Source: Pseudomonadota bacterium
GTDB taxonomy: Bacteria > Pseudomonadota > Alphaproteobacteria > Rhodobacterales > Rhodobacteraceae
Direction of reading: 5' to 3'
DNA length: 64,000 nucleotides
Assembly: GCA_039177645.1 (NCBI GenBank)
Contig: JBCDFS010000003.1
Span: 185,693-249,692 of the forward strand
Positions within the stretch are counted from its first letter, which is position 1; each line of letters starts with the position of its first letter. Shown here piece after piece: positions 18,389 to 28,118 of this stretch. Below the pieces are notes generated by a model. It was not told where the DNA came from, searched no databases, and was given only the letters and a program-made list of their open reading frames with translations. Both the position numbers and the translations under genes were made by a program.

Positions 18389-20431
18389 ATGCCAGGGAGC
18401 CGGCACTTGAACCGCAAGACCATCATCCAGAATCCAGAGCACGGGAACAAAGCAGAAGCCTTCGAGGCTTATGATGACATCCCGACCAATCCGAACTTGG
18501 GCAACACGATCGGGGACGTCATCCAGCGTCGCTATGGCCGAAGGGACTTTCTGCGCGGGTCATTGGGTGTGACCGCCACGACAGCCCTGTTCGGTGCAAC
18601 TGCCCTGACCGCTCCGTCGCGCGCCAAGGCGGCGGATGCCGCTTCTAGCCGCTACGTTTTCGAGGAACTGCCCTGGGGCAATGATGTCAATCATCATATC
18701 GCGGACGACTACAACGCCGATATTCTCGTGCGTTGGGGAGACCCGATCACCGCAAATGCGCCCGACTTCGATGTAATGAACCAAAGTGCCGCGGCTCAGT
18801 CCCAGCAGTTTGGTTACAACAACGATTATGTGGGCTTCGCAGAGATCGAACCCGGCCGGGGCATGCTCTGTGTGAACCACGAATACACGAACGAAGAAGT
18901 GATGTTCCCCGGCCTCGGTCGCCAGGACCGCGACGGTTTTCAAGGCATGACCCAGGATCTCGTGGACATCGAAATGGCCGCGCATGGCGGGTCGGTGTTC
19001 GAGATCGTCAAAGGCGCAGACGGGAAGTGGTCGGTCAACCGCGACAACCCGGCGAACCGCAGGATCACAGCCAACACGCCGATGACGTTTGATGGTCCTG
19101 CCGCGGGACACGACCGGCTCAAGACGAGCGCGGATCCGACTGGCATGACTGTTCTCGGCACCATCAACAACTGCGCTGGCGGTATGACGCCTTGGGGCAC
19201 CTACCTCATGGCCGAAGAGAACTTCCACGGGTATTTCTGGAGCGATGTCGTTGATGGCGAAGGCGATCCGGATGTTTCCGCCCAACCGGAAGCCGCAAGC
19301 ATGGAGCGCTATGGCGTGCCCGGCCGCTGGTATGCCTGGGGTCGCTACTACGACCGGTTCAACATTGACCGCGAGCCGAATGAACCGAACCGCTTTGGGT
19401 ATGTCGTCGAAGTGGATCCAATGAACCCCGACGCGACGCCGATCAAGCACACAGCACTTGGCCGCTTCCGCCATGAGGGCGCGGAGACCACGGTCGCGTC
19501 CGACGGGCGGCTGGTCATTTATTCCGGCGACGATAACCGTTTTGACTATCAGTATAAGTGGGTGTCGCGCGATCCGGTGACGGAAGAGAACTCGGTGTTC
19601 GGCTCGCCGCTTTTGTCAGAGGGCACGCTTTACGTGGCGCGCTTCAACGACGACGGTACCATCGACTGGCTGCCGCTGGTCCATGGCGAAGGTCCGCTGA
19701 CCGCTGAAAACGGCTTCAACAGCCAGGCCGATATCTCCATCGACACGCGGATCGCATCCGACCTGCTGGGCGCGACGCCGATGGACCGACCGGAAGACGC
19801 GCAGCCGCGTGGCGACGGCACGGCCTATATCATGCTGACCAACAACAGCCGCCGAACATCGGAGCAGTTGGACACCGCAAATCCTCGGCCCGAAAGCAAT
19901 TTTGGGCATATCATCGAGATCAAAGAAGACGGCGGAAACCACTCGGCAACGCACGGCACATGGTCAATCCTGGTGCTGTGTGGCGATCCGACCTTGGAAG
20001 AGGTCGGCGCGATGTGGAACCCCGAGACCTCAGAGCATGGCTGGTTCGGTTCACCGGACAACTGCGCCATCGACAATGACGGCCGCCTTTGGGTCTCCAC
20101 CGACCAAGGCACCGGCTGGGGCCGCACGGGCAAGTCGGATGGTCTGTATTCGCTCGAAACCGAGGGGGATCTTCGCGGTCATTCGAAACTGTTCTTCCGT
20201 TGCCCGGTGGGTGGCGAGCTTTGTGGCCCCTACTTCGCCGACAACTCCCAGACGCTGTTTCTTGCGGTCCAGCATCCAGGGACGGACGGGACCAAGGACT
20301 TTGCGGGTTTCGAGCGCGATTCGACCTTTGAGGATCCCGCGACCCGCTGGCCCGATTTCGCCGACGGCATGCCGCCCCGGCCATCGGTTGTCGTCGTGAC
20401 TAAGGGAGACGGCGGCGTTATCGGCGTCTGA
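18389..20431 (+). CDS. phoX: Tat-exported alkaline phosphatase PhoX
   Basis: GRRDFL twin-arginine, VNHEY, NNCAGGMTPWGTYLMAEENF, GRFRHE, MDRPED, SPDN, ELCGP and VQHPG motifs. Confidence 0.95.
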   Translation: MPGSRHLNRKTIIQNPEHGNKAEAFEAYDDIPTNPNLGNTIGDVIQRRYGRRDFLRGSLGVTATTALFGATALTAPSRAKAADAASSRYVFEELPWGNDVNHHIADDYNADILVRWGDPITANAPDFDVMNQSAAAQSQQFGYNNDYVGFAEIEPGRGMLCVNHEYTNEEVMFPGLGRQDRDGFQGMTQDLVDIEMAAHGGSVFEIVKGADGKWSVNRDNPANRRITANTPMTFDGPAAGHDRLKTSADPTGMTVLGTINNCAGGMTPWGTYLMAEENFHGYFWSDVVDGEGDPDVSAQPEAASMERYGVPGRWYAWGRYYDRFNIDREPNEPNRFGYVVEVDPMNPDATPIKHTALGRFRHEGAETTVASDGRLVIYSGDDNRFDYQYKWVSRDPVTEENSVFGSPLLSEGTLYVARFNDDGTIDWLPLVHGEGPLTAENGFNSQADISIDTRIASDLLGATPMDRPEDAQPRGDGTAYIMLTNNSRRTSEQLDTANPRPESNFGHIIEIKEDGGNHSATHGTWSILVLCGDPTLEEVGAMWNPETSEHGWFGSPDNCAIDNDGRLWVSTDQGTGWGRTGKSDGLYSLETEGDLRGHSKLFFRCPVGGELCGPYFADNSQTLFLAVQHPGTDGTKDFAGFERDSTFEDPATRWPDFADGMPPRPSVVVVTKGDGGVIGV

Positions 20432-20454
20432 TCCGACCGACGACCTGAATAGAG

Positions 20455-20486
20455 AACCGGCATTGCCAGCGGCGGTGCCGGTTTTT
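20455..20486 (+). terminator. Intrinsic terminator after phoX
   Basis: AACCGGCA...TGCCGGTT stem followed by TTT. Confidence 0.75.
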
Positions 20487-20749
20487 CAATTTTGAGTGCC
20501 TGCAAGTCTGGGGCGCGCAGCGTGTGGCTCTCCTTGTCCTACGCGGCGGATGCGTGACCTTTCGCCCCGCCTTCTCATGGTTTGCGACACGCGACTAGCG
20601 GCGGATTAACAGCGGAAAATCAGCCTCCGACGCCGGGCTTCCCGAGCTGCGCTCGTTCCGGGTGGCTCTGGACAAATGGCAACAGGTCGCGATCTCCGTT
20701 AATCGGCTCTGAACCGTTAACTTGTTGTTCAACGAGAATCCGCTTAGGT

Positions 20750-20870
20750 GCGGCGCAGCATAGATAGGCGTCGGGCGGGCGCGACCAGAGAAATCCCGAG
20801 AACGCTGCCGCCGCGACCGCACGCTCAACAGTGCAACCGCACCCCAAACCCACCAGGTGTTTCGCCTGGG
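20750..20870 (+). ncRNA. Candidate structured cis-regulatory leader upstream of SulP (possibly sul1-motif-like)
   Basis: Nested pairings 20750-20759/20804-20814 and 20771-20775/20795-20799, plus hairpins 20819-20834 and 20853-20869 abutting the RBS. Confidence 0.45.
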
Positions 20871-20885
20871 AAAGGAAGCTCTTGC

Positions 20886-22376
20886 ATGTTCTCATTTCAT
20901 GCCTACCGAAATGAATGGCTCAGCAATGTTCGCGCAGATCTCCTCGCCGGGCTGGTCGTTGCCCTCGCGCTGATCCCCGAGGCCATCGCCTTTTCGATCA
21001 TCGCGGGCGTGGACCCCAAGGTGGGGCTCTATGCGAGCTTCTCCATCGCGGTGATCACAGCCATCGCAGGCGGACGGCCCGGCATGATTTCAGCAGCTAC
21101 AGCGGCCACAGCGGTCCTGATGGTGACCCTGGTGCGGGATCACGGGCTGCAATATCTTTTGGCCGCGACAGTGCTGGCCGGACTGATCCAGATCGGCGCG
21201 GGCACCCTGAAACTCGGCTTTGTCATGCGCTATGTCTCGCGCTCGGTGATGACGGGTTTCGTCAATGCGCTCGCGATTCTGATCTTCATGGCGCAACTGC
21301 CCGAACTCGATCCGCGCAAGGTGACGTGGCTCACCTATGTTCTTGTCGCGGCGGGGCTCGCGATCATCTACCTCTTTCCAAGAATCACCAAATCCATCCC
21401 GTCGCCGCTGGTGACCATCATCATTTTGACCGCGCTTGTCGTCGCATTCGATTGGGATGTTCGCACCGTGGGGGATATGGGGGAACTGCCCGACGCGCTT
21501 CCGGTCTTTCTCCTCCCCGACATTCCGCTGAACTTTGAGACGCTTCGGATCATCCTGCCTTACTCCGTGGCAGTGGCGGTTGTGGGTCTGCTTGAGAGCC
21601 TTATGACGCAGAACATCGTGGATGATCTGACGGATACGAAATCGAACCGAAACCGCGAATGCATCGGTCAGGGTTTGGCCAACACGGCCACCGGGTTCAT
21701 TGGCGGGATGGCGGGTTGCGCGATGATCGGTCAGTCGATCATCAACGTGAAATCCGGCGGACGTGGGCGGCTCTCATGTTTCGTGGCGGGTGTGTTCTTG
21801 CTGATCCTCGTGGTTGGGCTCGGCGACTTAGTGGCCGTCATCCCGATGCCTGCGCTTGTTGCGATCATGATCATGGTCTCGATCGGGACGTTTTCCTGGT
21901 CGTCTATCAAGGCGTTGCGGGTGCATCCGCGCTCTTCCTCAGTTGTGATGCTCGCGACCGTGGCAACTGTGGTCTACACCCACAACCTCGCCATCGGGGT
22001 GCTTGTGGGCGTCTTGCTTTCGGGCATTTTCTTTGCGGGTAAGATTGCGCAGCTCTTCCGCGTCACCTCCGAGATCAGCCCCGATGGGCGCTTGCACACC
22101 TATCGGGTCGAGGGGCAGCTCTTCTATGGCTCGGTCGAGGATTTCATGGATGCGTTCGACTTCAAGGAGGCACCCGAGCGGGTGGTGATCGATGTGAGCG
22201 GCTCGCACATTTGGGATATCAGCTCGGTGCAAGCGCTCGACATGGCAATCCTGAAGTTCCGCAGGGATGGTGCGGAAGTGGAAGTTGTGGGAATGAATGC
22301 GGCCACGGAAACGCTGGTGGACCGGCTTGCCGTCCACGATAAACCGGGCGCCACGGCCTCGCTGGCTGCGCATTGA
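20886..22376 (+). CDS. SulP-family inorganic anion transporter with STAS domain
   Basis: [26 protein letters not shown] and C-terminal GQLFYGS...D.S (STAS); ATG at 20886. Confidence 0.93.
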   Translation: MFSFHAYRNEWLSNVRADLLAGLVVALALIPEAIAFSIIAGVDPKVGLYASFSIAVITAIAGGRPGMISAATAATAVLMVTLVRDHGLQYLLAATVLAGLIQIGAGTLKLGFVMRYVSRSVMTGFVNALAILIFMAQLPELDPRKVTWLTYVLVAAGLAIIYLFPRITKSIPSPLVTIIILTALVVAFDWDVRTVGDMGELPDALPVFLLPDIPLNFETLRIILPYSVAVAVVGLLESLMTQNIVDDLTDTKSNRNRECIGQGLANTATGFIGGMAGCAMIGQSIINVKSGGRGRLSCFVAGVFLLILVVGLGDLVAVIPMPALVAIMIMVSIGTFSWSSIKALRVHPRSSSVVMLATVATVVYTHNLAIGVLVGVLLSGIFFAGKIAQLFRVTSEISPDGRLHTYRVEGQLFYGSVEDFMDAFDFKEAPERVVIDVSGSHIWDISSVQALDMAILKFRRDGAEVEVVGMNAATETLVDRLAVHDKPGATASLAAH

Positions 22377-22393
22377 GAAGGAGCGGAACGATC

Positions 22394-23245
22394 ATGGATA
22401 AGATCATCGCCCTGGTCGACGGCTCGATCTATTCGGAGAGCGTCTGCGACCATGCCGCCTGGATTGCCGGTCGGACCGGCGCGCCCATTGAGGTCCTCCA
22501 CGTTCTTGGCAGGCGGGAAGCGCCGGAGACGTCCGATCTGTCCGGCTCCATCCGGCTTGGGGCGCGGACGCAGCTCCTGGAGGAATTGGCCGAGCTCGAC
22601 GCGCAGCGGGCCAAGCTCGTCAGTCAGCGCGGTCGCGCGATCCTGGAAGATGCCCGCGCGATTTTCGACCGGATCGGGCTTTCCGATGTGACAACTCGTC
22701 TACGGCGCGGCGATGCCGTGGAGGCCATATCTGAGGTCGAGGACGAGGCACGCGTCATCGTGATCGGCAAGCGCGGCGAGGCGGCTGATTTCGCGAAGGG
22801 GCATCTTGGCTCAAACCTCGAACGCATCGTGCGGGCTGTGCATCGGCCTGTCTTCGTCGCCTCCCGCGCTTTCGCGCCCATCGACCGGGTGCTCGTAGCC
22901 CATGACGGTGGCAGTTCGGCGATCAAGGCGGTCGAGCACATCTCCCAAAGCCCGCTCTTCAAGGGGCTGGCGGTGACCGTTGTCTCGGTGGGGCCAGAGA
23001 CGCCAGCAGCACGGCGATGGCTGGACGACGCTACCGGGAAGCTAAACGCGGCAGGTCTCGATGCTTCGTCCCGGACGGTTGACGGGCGGCCCGAAGAGGT
23101 TCTCGGCGAGATGGTGGTGAAAGACGGCTTCGGGCTGCTCGTGATGGGCGCCTATGGGCATAGCCGCATACGCAGCCTCGTGATCGGGTCGACGACAACC
23201 GAGATGCTCCGGTCTTGCAAGGTGCCTGTGCTGTTGATGCGCTAA
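22394..23245 (+). CDS. Universal stress protein (tandem USP domains)
   Basis: IALVDGS, VIGKRG, HLGSNLERIVR and MGAYGHSRIR...GSTT motifs. Confidence 0.92.
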   Translation: MDKIIALVDGSIYSESVCDHAAWIAGRTGAPIEVLHVLGRREAPETSDLSGSIRLGARTQLLEELAELDAQRAKLVSQRGRAILEDARAIFDRIGLSDVTTRLRRGDAVEAISEVEDEARVIVIGKRGEAADFAKGHLGSNLERIVRAVHRPVFVASRAFAPIDRVLVAHDGGSSAIKAVEHISQSPLFKGLAVTVVSVGPETPAARRWLDDATGKLNAAGLDASSRTVDGRPEEVLGEMVVKDGFGLLVMGAYGHSRIRSLVIGSTTTEMLRSCKVPVLLMR

Positions 23246-23362
23246 GGCGCGACCAAAGGGGTATGGGTCCCGAGCCCCAATCTAGGGTAGCCTCCGCTCG
23301 GCCCCTCGCCCAGCGGCGGCGGGCCCCAACGAAAAGCCGACACAGATCGGGAGGATCCTGCG

Positions 23363-23962
23363 ATGTCTGCTCGCCCCACCTTGCGAAACCTTACCGGCGC
23401 GCGCGCCGCGCCCAACGCCCTGTCCGAGACGGCGCTGATCATGATCGATTGCCAGAACACCTATACTGACGGTGTGATGGCGCTCGATGGCGTTGAGGAT
23501 GCGCTGAAGGAAGCCGAAGCGCTTCTTGCCCGCGCTCGCGCTTTGGGCAGCCCGATCATCCACATCCGGCATGATGCCGGGGTGGGAAGCCCCTATGACA
23601 TTACGGCTGAAAACGGCCAGATCGTCACCGCAGTGGCGCCAGTGGGCGACGAGCCTGTGGTCGACAAAAACTTTCCCAGCTCCTTTGAGCAAACGGAACT
23701 CGATGAACTCCTCAAGGCGCGGGATATCACCAAGCTCACCCTAGCGGGCTTCATGACGCATATGTGTGTCAATTCGACCGCACGGGCGGGGTTCAACAAG
23801 GGGTATGATGTGACGGTCGTCGCCTCTGCCACGGCCACGCGCTCCCTGCCCGATCCACGGGGCGGCGACATTCCGTCTTCGGCGGTCCATGCCAATGCGC
23901 TTGCCGCAATGGGCGATCTGTTTGCGCATGTGAGCGCAAGCGCGAGCGATATCCCCGACTGA
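23363..23962 (+). CDS. Isochorismatase-family cysteine hydrolase
   Basis: IMIDCQN, VDKNFPSSF and GFMTHMCVNSTAR motifs. Confidence 0.9.
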   Translation: MSARPTLRNLTGARAAPNALSETALIMIDCQNTYTDGVMALDGVEDALKEAEALLARARALGSPIIHIRHDAGVGSPYDITAENGQIVTAVAPVGDEPVVDKNFPSSFEQTELDELLKARDITKLTLAGFMTHMCVNSTARAGFNKGYDVTVVASATATRSLPDPRGGDIPSSAVHANALAAMGDLFAHVSASASDIPD

Positions 23963-24045
23963 TCGCTGGCCTTGGTGCGGGAGGCAGCTTCGCGGGCTGC
24001 CCTTCGCGCCAAACGCGGTGGGATCGGGCCGGGCCTCGCAATTCC

Positions 24046-25050
24046 CTATTGCGAGACGGGTTCGACCTCCGGCAAGGCGTAAGAGCGCGCCAAGACCGCC
24101 TCACCGGGCCGATAGATTCGCATCAGGAAATTCCAGCCATCAGAGATGTCGACGCGGTTGGGCTGTTCGCCACACTCCTGTTCGCTCCCGAAAAACACTG
24201 TGAAGGTGCCATCTTCGTTTAGCGTGGCATTTCGATCGTTCACGATATTCGCGTCGCTCACCATGAAGCCGTTTGCACCATAAACGGTGATCGACCAAAA
24301 CGCGTCGTTTGGGGGCACGTCGTAAGTCGCGCTATAGCAGCCCTCCACCGCACCGGGTCCAGTATAGTTGATGTAGACCGCGTCTTTTTCTGGGAAGAGG
24401 CCCCACGCTCCGGCAACGGCAAAGTGGCGGGTCTCCTCGTTTACGGCGCCTTTTGGACCCATCCAATCGGGCTCATATTGATCAAAGGTCTGAAACTCAG
24501 ACTCATATACCGCACGGAGCCGCAGCAGACTGTCGATGTCCCAATCGGGCCGCGGGAAGAGGTCGTGGCTTGCCGCCTCGATGACAAAGGCATTCTGCAA
24601 GTCATTGACCAGCTTGACCTCTTCGGGATCGTCGGGGTCCATGATCTGTATGCGCATGATGAGCGCGACATACTTTGTATCGCCTGGGATCTGGTGCGTT
24701 CCAGGTTCATAAAACACAGCCGGGGCGTAGTGGTCGTTGTCGATCACCATGACAGAGACATAGCGGTCGTCGGGCAGTTCGGGGATGGTGATCGAGGCAC
24801 CGCCTTCGGTATCGACGACTGCGCCGGCATAGAGTGTGTCGCGGTTCATCCGGACGACGGTCTGGGCGTCGGAAGGTGTGGGCTCGCGGATGTAGTAGAA
24901 CCGGTTGACGTCGCTGCCCGCGTAGCCCTGGAACTGTGCGAAGGCCATATCGACCTCGGCACGGATGTAATTCTCCGGCCCGACGAAATCCTGCGCAGCG
25001 GCGGCGCTGCCAGAGGCCACCGCCAGGATTGCCCACAAGGTCTTCTGCAT
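24046..25050 (-). CDS. Secreted DUF1254/DUF1214 protein
   Basis: Signal peptide MQKTLWAILAVASGSAAAA; VVRMNRDTLY, AFWSITVY and WNFLMRIYRP motifs. Confidence 0.85.
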   Translation of the reverse strand: MQKTLWAILAVASGSAAAAQDFVGPENYIRAEVDMAFAQFQGYAGSDVNRFYYIREPTPSDAQTVVRMNRDTLYAGAVVDTEGGASITIPELPDDRYVSVMVIDNDHYAPAVFYEPGTHQIPGDTKYVALIMRIQIMDPDDPEEVKLVNDLQNAFVIEAASHDLFPRPDWDIDSLLRLRAVYESEFQTFDQYEPDWMGPKGAVNEETRHFAVAGAWGLFPEKDAVYINYTGPGAVEGCYSATYDVPPNDAFWSITVYGANGFMVSDANIVNDRNATLNEDGTFTVFFGSEQECGEQPNRVDISDGWNFLMRIYRPGEAVLARSYALPEVEPVSQ

Positions 25051-25500
25051 CTCGCCGGCCCCTCCTGATTTGATTTGATCGCCAGGTGCCTGTCCCGGCT
25101 GCGCGAGGCTAGCATGCGTCGCGCTGGGGCAGAAGGCGGGACGCAGACCGCGCAAAATCACGATCTCGTTTCGACTTCCCCGGACTGTTATGCGGCGGGA
25201 TGCGGGCTGTCATGTCTCCCTCACCAAGCCAAATTGAGAGAATCACTTCGCGCCGCGAATCCCCAGAATCGGGGCAAGTGAGACCCCGATGGTATCAATC
25301 CTTGGGCGCCGGATCTCCACACTGTCGCGCCGTTCCCGCCCCTAACTGCCGCTTAAACTTGCGAAACAGGCGGGCTTTGAGGGTCTGTGATCGGGCTTGA
25401 GCGAGCTCCGCATCATACGCATTGCTCATGCCCGAAAAAGGCATATAGTGGTGTTAAGAAACGTTGAGGCACGAAATAGAGATACAGGAGCAGGCCGACC

Positions 25501-26286
25501 GTGCAGTCAGTCAGTGTGCAGGATAGGGTCAGTGAGGCCGTTGCAGCCGTCATGCCCTTCCAGATTCGAAGCCGCGCTTTCACGGCTGTTGTCCTGCGGT
25601 TGTCTGCGGATCCCAGCAACGGTTTCTTCGATGCGCTCGACCGTCAGCTCAAGCAAGCGCCGCACTTTTTCTCCAACGCGCCGATGGTCCTCGATCTGGG
25701 TCGCTCCGACACGCTGACGCAGGTCGACGACTTCGCGGACTTGGTCTCCGAGCTTCGGTTGCGCAACCTCTCGGTGTTTGGGGTGCAGAACGCGACGCCG
25801 GGGCAAAGCGCAGCTGCACTCGAGGCGGGCCTCATCACGCTCACAGGTGGTCGTGAGGTGCCGCATTCGCGCGACCGGCGCGACCTCCGGGCAGAACAAG
25901 CGCCAACCAAGGCAGCACCTGCCCCGGCTGCGCCGGAGCCAGAGCCCGAACCCGAGGCCAGCACGTTGATGGTCACACAGCCGGTTCGCTCCGGCCAGCG
26001 GCTGTTTGCAGATCGTGGCGATATGGTGGTGCTCGCGCCCGTTAGTTCTGGGGCGGAGCTGATCGCGCATGGAAACATTCACGTCTATGCGACGATGCGC
26101 GGCCGGGCGCTTGCCGGGGTCAACGGCAACCGGAACGCCCGCATCTTCTGCCAGGATCTGGATGCGGAACTGATTGCGATCGCGGGGCTCTATCAGACCA
26201 GCGAGGATCTGAGCCCGGAGGTGCGCGGACGGCGCATCCAGGCCTTCCTGCGCGACGATGCGCTGTGCGTTGAGGCATTGAAGTAA
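25501..26286 (+). CDS. minC: Septum site-determining protein MinC
   Basis: PVRSGQR, VSSGAELIAHGNIHVY, RGRALAG and DAELIAIAG motifs. Confidence 0.93.
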   Translation: MQSVSVQDRVSEAVAAVMPFQIRSRAFTAVVLRLSADPSNGFFDALDRQLKQAPHFFSNAPMVLDLGRSDTLTQVDDFADLVSELRLRNLSVFGVQNATPGQSAAALEAGLITLTGGREVPHSRDRRDLRAEQAPTKAAPAPAAPEPEPEPEASTLMVTQPVRSGQRLFADRGDMVVLAPVSSGAELIAHGNIHVYATMRGRALAGVNGNRNARIFCQDLDAELIAIAGLYQTSEDLSPEVRGRRIQAFLRDDALCVEALK

Positions 26287-26312
26287 GAACCGAGAAACGA
26301 GAGGAGCATTCC

Positions 26313-27131
26313 TTGGCCAAGATCATCGTTGTTACATCCGGCAAAGGTGGGGTTGGCAAGACCACCTCTTCCGCGGCAATTGGAGCGGGCCTGGCCCTGC
26401 GCGGACACAAGACGGTCGTGATCGACTTCGATGTCGGTCTGCGCAACCTCGATATGATTATGGGCTGCGAGCGCCGCGTCGTCTTCGATTTCATCAACGT
26501 GATCCAGGGCGATGCGAAGCTCAAGCAGGCCCTGATCAAGGATCGACGGAACGACAATCTCTGGGTGCTGCCAACCTCGCAAACCCGCGACAAGGATGCG
26601 CTGACGCAGGAGGGGGTCGAAACCGTCCTTAACGAATTGCGCGAGGACTTCGACTATATCATTTGCGACAGCCCCGCCGGGATTGAGCGCGGCGCGCATC
26701 TGGCGATGTATTATGCCGATGAGGCTGTGGTTGTGACCAACCCGGAAGTCTCTTCGGTGCGGGACAGCGACCGGGTTCTCGGGCTGCTCAACTCCAAGAC
26801 CAGCCGCGCCGAGAAGACCGGGGCCGAACCGGTGCAGGCGCATCTTCTCCTCACCCGCTACGACCAGGGACGTGTAGCCAAGGGTGAGATGATGAAGGTC
26901 GAGGACATCCTGGAGATCCTCTCGATCCCGCTTTTGGGCATCATTCCAGAAAGCACCACGGTTCTCAAAGCGTCGAATGTCGGCATGCCGGTGGTGTTTG
27001 ACGACAAGTCGCAGGCCGCAAAAGCCTATGAGGACGCCGTTTCGCGACTAATCGGCGAGCAGCTCGAAATCCAGCTGCAACCCGTTGAAAGACCGGGCTT
27101 CTTCCAGCGGCTTCTGGGGCGCACGGCATGA
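26313..27131 (+). CDS. minD: Septum site-determining ATPase MinD
   Basis: TSGKGGVGKTT, DFDVGLRNLD, DSPAGIE, NPEVSSVRDSDR and C-terminal GFFQRLLG amphipathic helix; TTG start. Confidence 0.96.
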   Translation: MAKIIVVTSGKGGVGKTTSSAAIGAGLALRGHKTVVIDFDVGLRNLDMIMGCERRVVFDFINVIQGDAKLKQALIKDRRNDNLWVLPTSQTRDKDALTQEGVETVLNELREDFDYIICDSPAGIERGAHLAMYYADEAVVVTNPEVSSVRDSDRVLGLLNSKTSRAEKTGAEPVQAHLLLTRYDQGRVAKGEMMKVEDILEILSIPLLGIIPESTTVLKASNVGMPVVFDDKSQAAKAYEDAVSRLIGEQLEIQLQPVERPGFFQRLLGRTA

Positions 27132-27424
27132 GGCTCTTCGGTTTTACATTCCGGGCGCCGCGCACCGACGCCACAGCGGATATGGCGAAAGAGCGGCTGC
27201 AGATCCTCCTGGCGCATGAGCGCGTGGACCGCTCAAACGCCGAGTTGCTGCCGATCCTGCAGCGGGAGATCCTTGAGGTCGTCAAGCGCCACATGAAGGT
27301 GGACAGCAAGACCGTTGACATAAAGCTCGAACGGGGCGACGACATCTCGAGCCTTGAGATCAACGTCGAGCTTCCAGGGGCGCGGCAGCTTCAGGCGGCG
27401 CGGGGCGCGGCGCTGAGCGCCTGA
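27128..27424 (+). CDS. minE: Cell division topological specificity factor MinE
   Basis: AKERLQILLAHER...LQREILEVVKRH...LEINVELP. Confidence 0.93.
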   Translation: MRLFGFTFRAPRTDATADMAKERLQILLAHERVDRSNAELLPILQREILEVVKRHMKVDSKTVDIKLERGDDISSLEINVELPGARQLQAARGAALSA

Positions 27425-27439
27425 TCCTGGCGCCCGCCC

Positions 27440-27892
27440 ATGAGCCTTTTTGCGCCGGTCATGGAGCTGGCGCTTCAAGAGGCGCGTTCGGCACAATTGC
27501 GCGGTGAGATCCCGGTCGGTGCAGTGATCGTTTCCGAGACCAGAGAGGTTCTTGCGCGCGCTGGGAACCGGACACGCGAGTTGCGAGATCCGACGGCGCA
27601 TGCCGAGTTACTCACGATTCGGGATGCTTGCGCGCGCGTGGGGTCAGAGCGACTCGTCGGCTGTACGCTTTACGTGACGTTGGAACCGTGCGCGATGTGC
27701 GCGGGCGCAATTGCCGCGGCGCGGATCGCGAAGCTTTGCTACGGCGCGTCCGACCCGAAGTCCGGCGGTGTCGAGCAAGGCGCCCGGGTTTTCGAGCAAC
27801 CTCAATCCCACCATCGGCCCGAGATTATTGGTGGGATACGCGAAGCAGAATGCGCAGAACTCTTGCGGGAATTCTTTGCGGAACGGCGGTAA
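27440..27892 (+). CDS. tadA: tRNA-specific adenosine deaminase
   Basis: GEIPVGAV, DPTAHAE, TLEPCAMC and DPKSG motifs. Confidence 0.88.
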   Translation: MSLFAPVMELALQEARSAQLRGEIPVGAVIVSETREVLARAGNRTRELRDPTAHAELLTIRDACARVGSERLVGCTLYVTLEPCAMCAGAIAAARIAKLCYGASDPKSGGVEQGARVFEQPQSHHRPEIIGGIREAECAELLREFFAERR

Positions 27893-28118
27893 TTTGAGCC
27901 TCTTCGCGCGTTCTACAGATGCGTCTATTTAGGCAACAAAATAAGGCCGAACCAGCAGCTTTGTATTACCAACACTTTTGACGCTTGATCTCGCACTTAT
28001 TCCGAGAGTATCATTCGAGCGGGGGAAATTATTAGTCGCCTGATTCTTTTTGATAGTTATTGGCCGGTGAATTGCGTCGGCATCCTCCCTTGCGAAATTG
28101 ATTTTAGGATTGTCAGAT

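Noticed and set aside
25454-25467. TTAA-N6-TTGA upstream of minC as a CtrA site
   Set aside because: Wrong spacing and a mismatched half-site versus TTAA-N7-TTAA.
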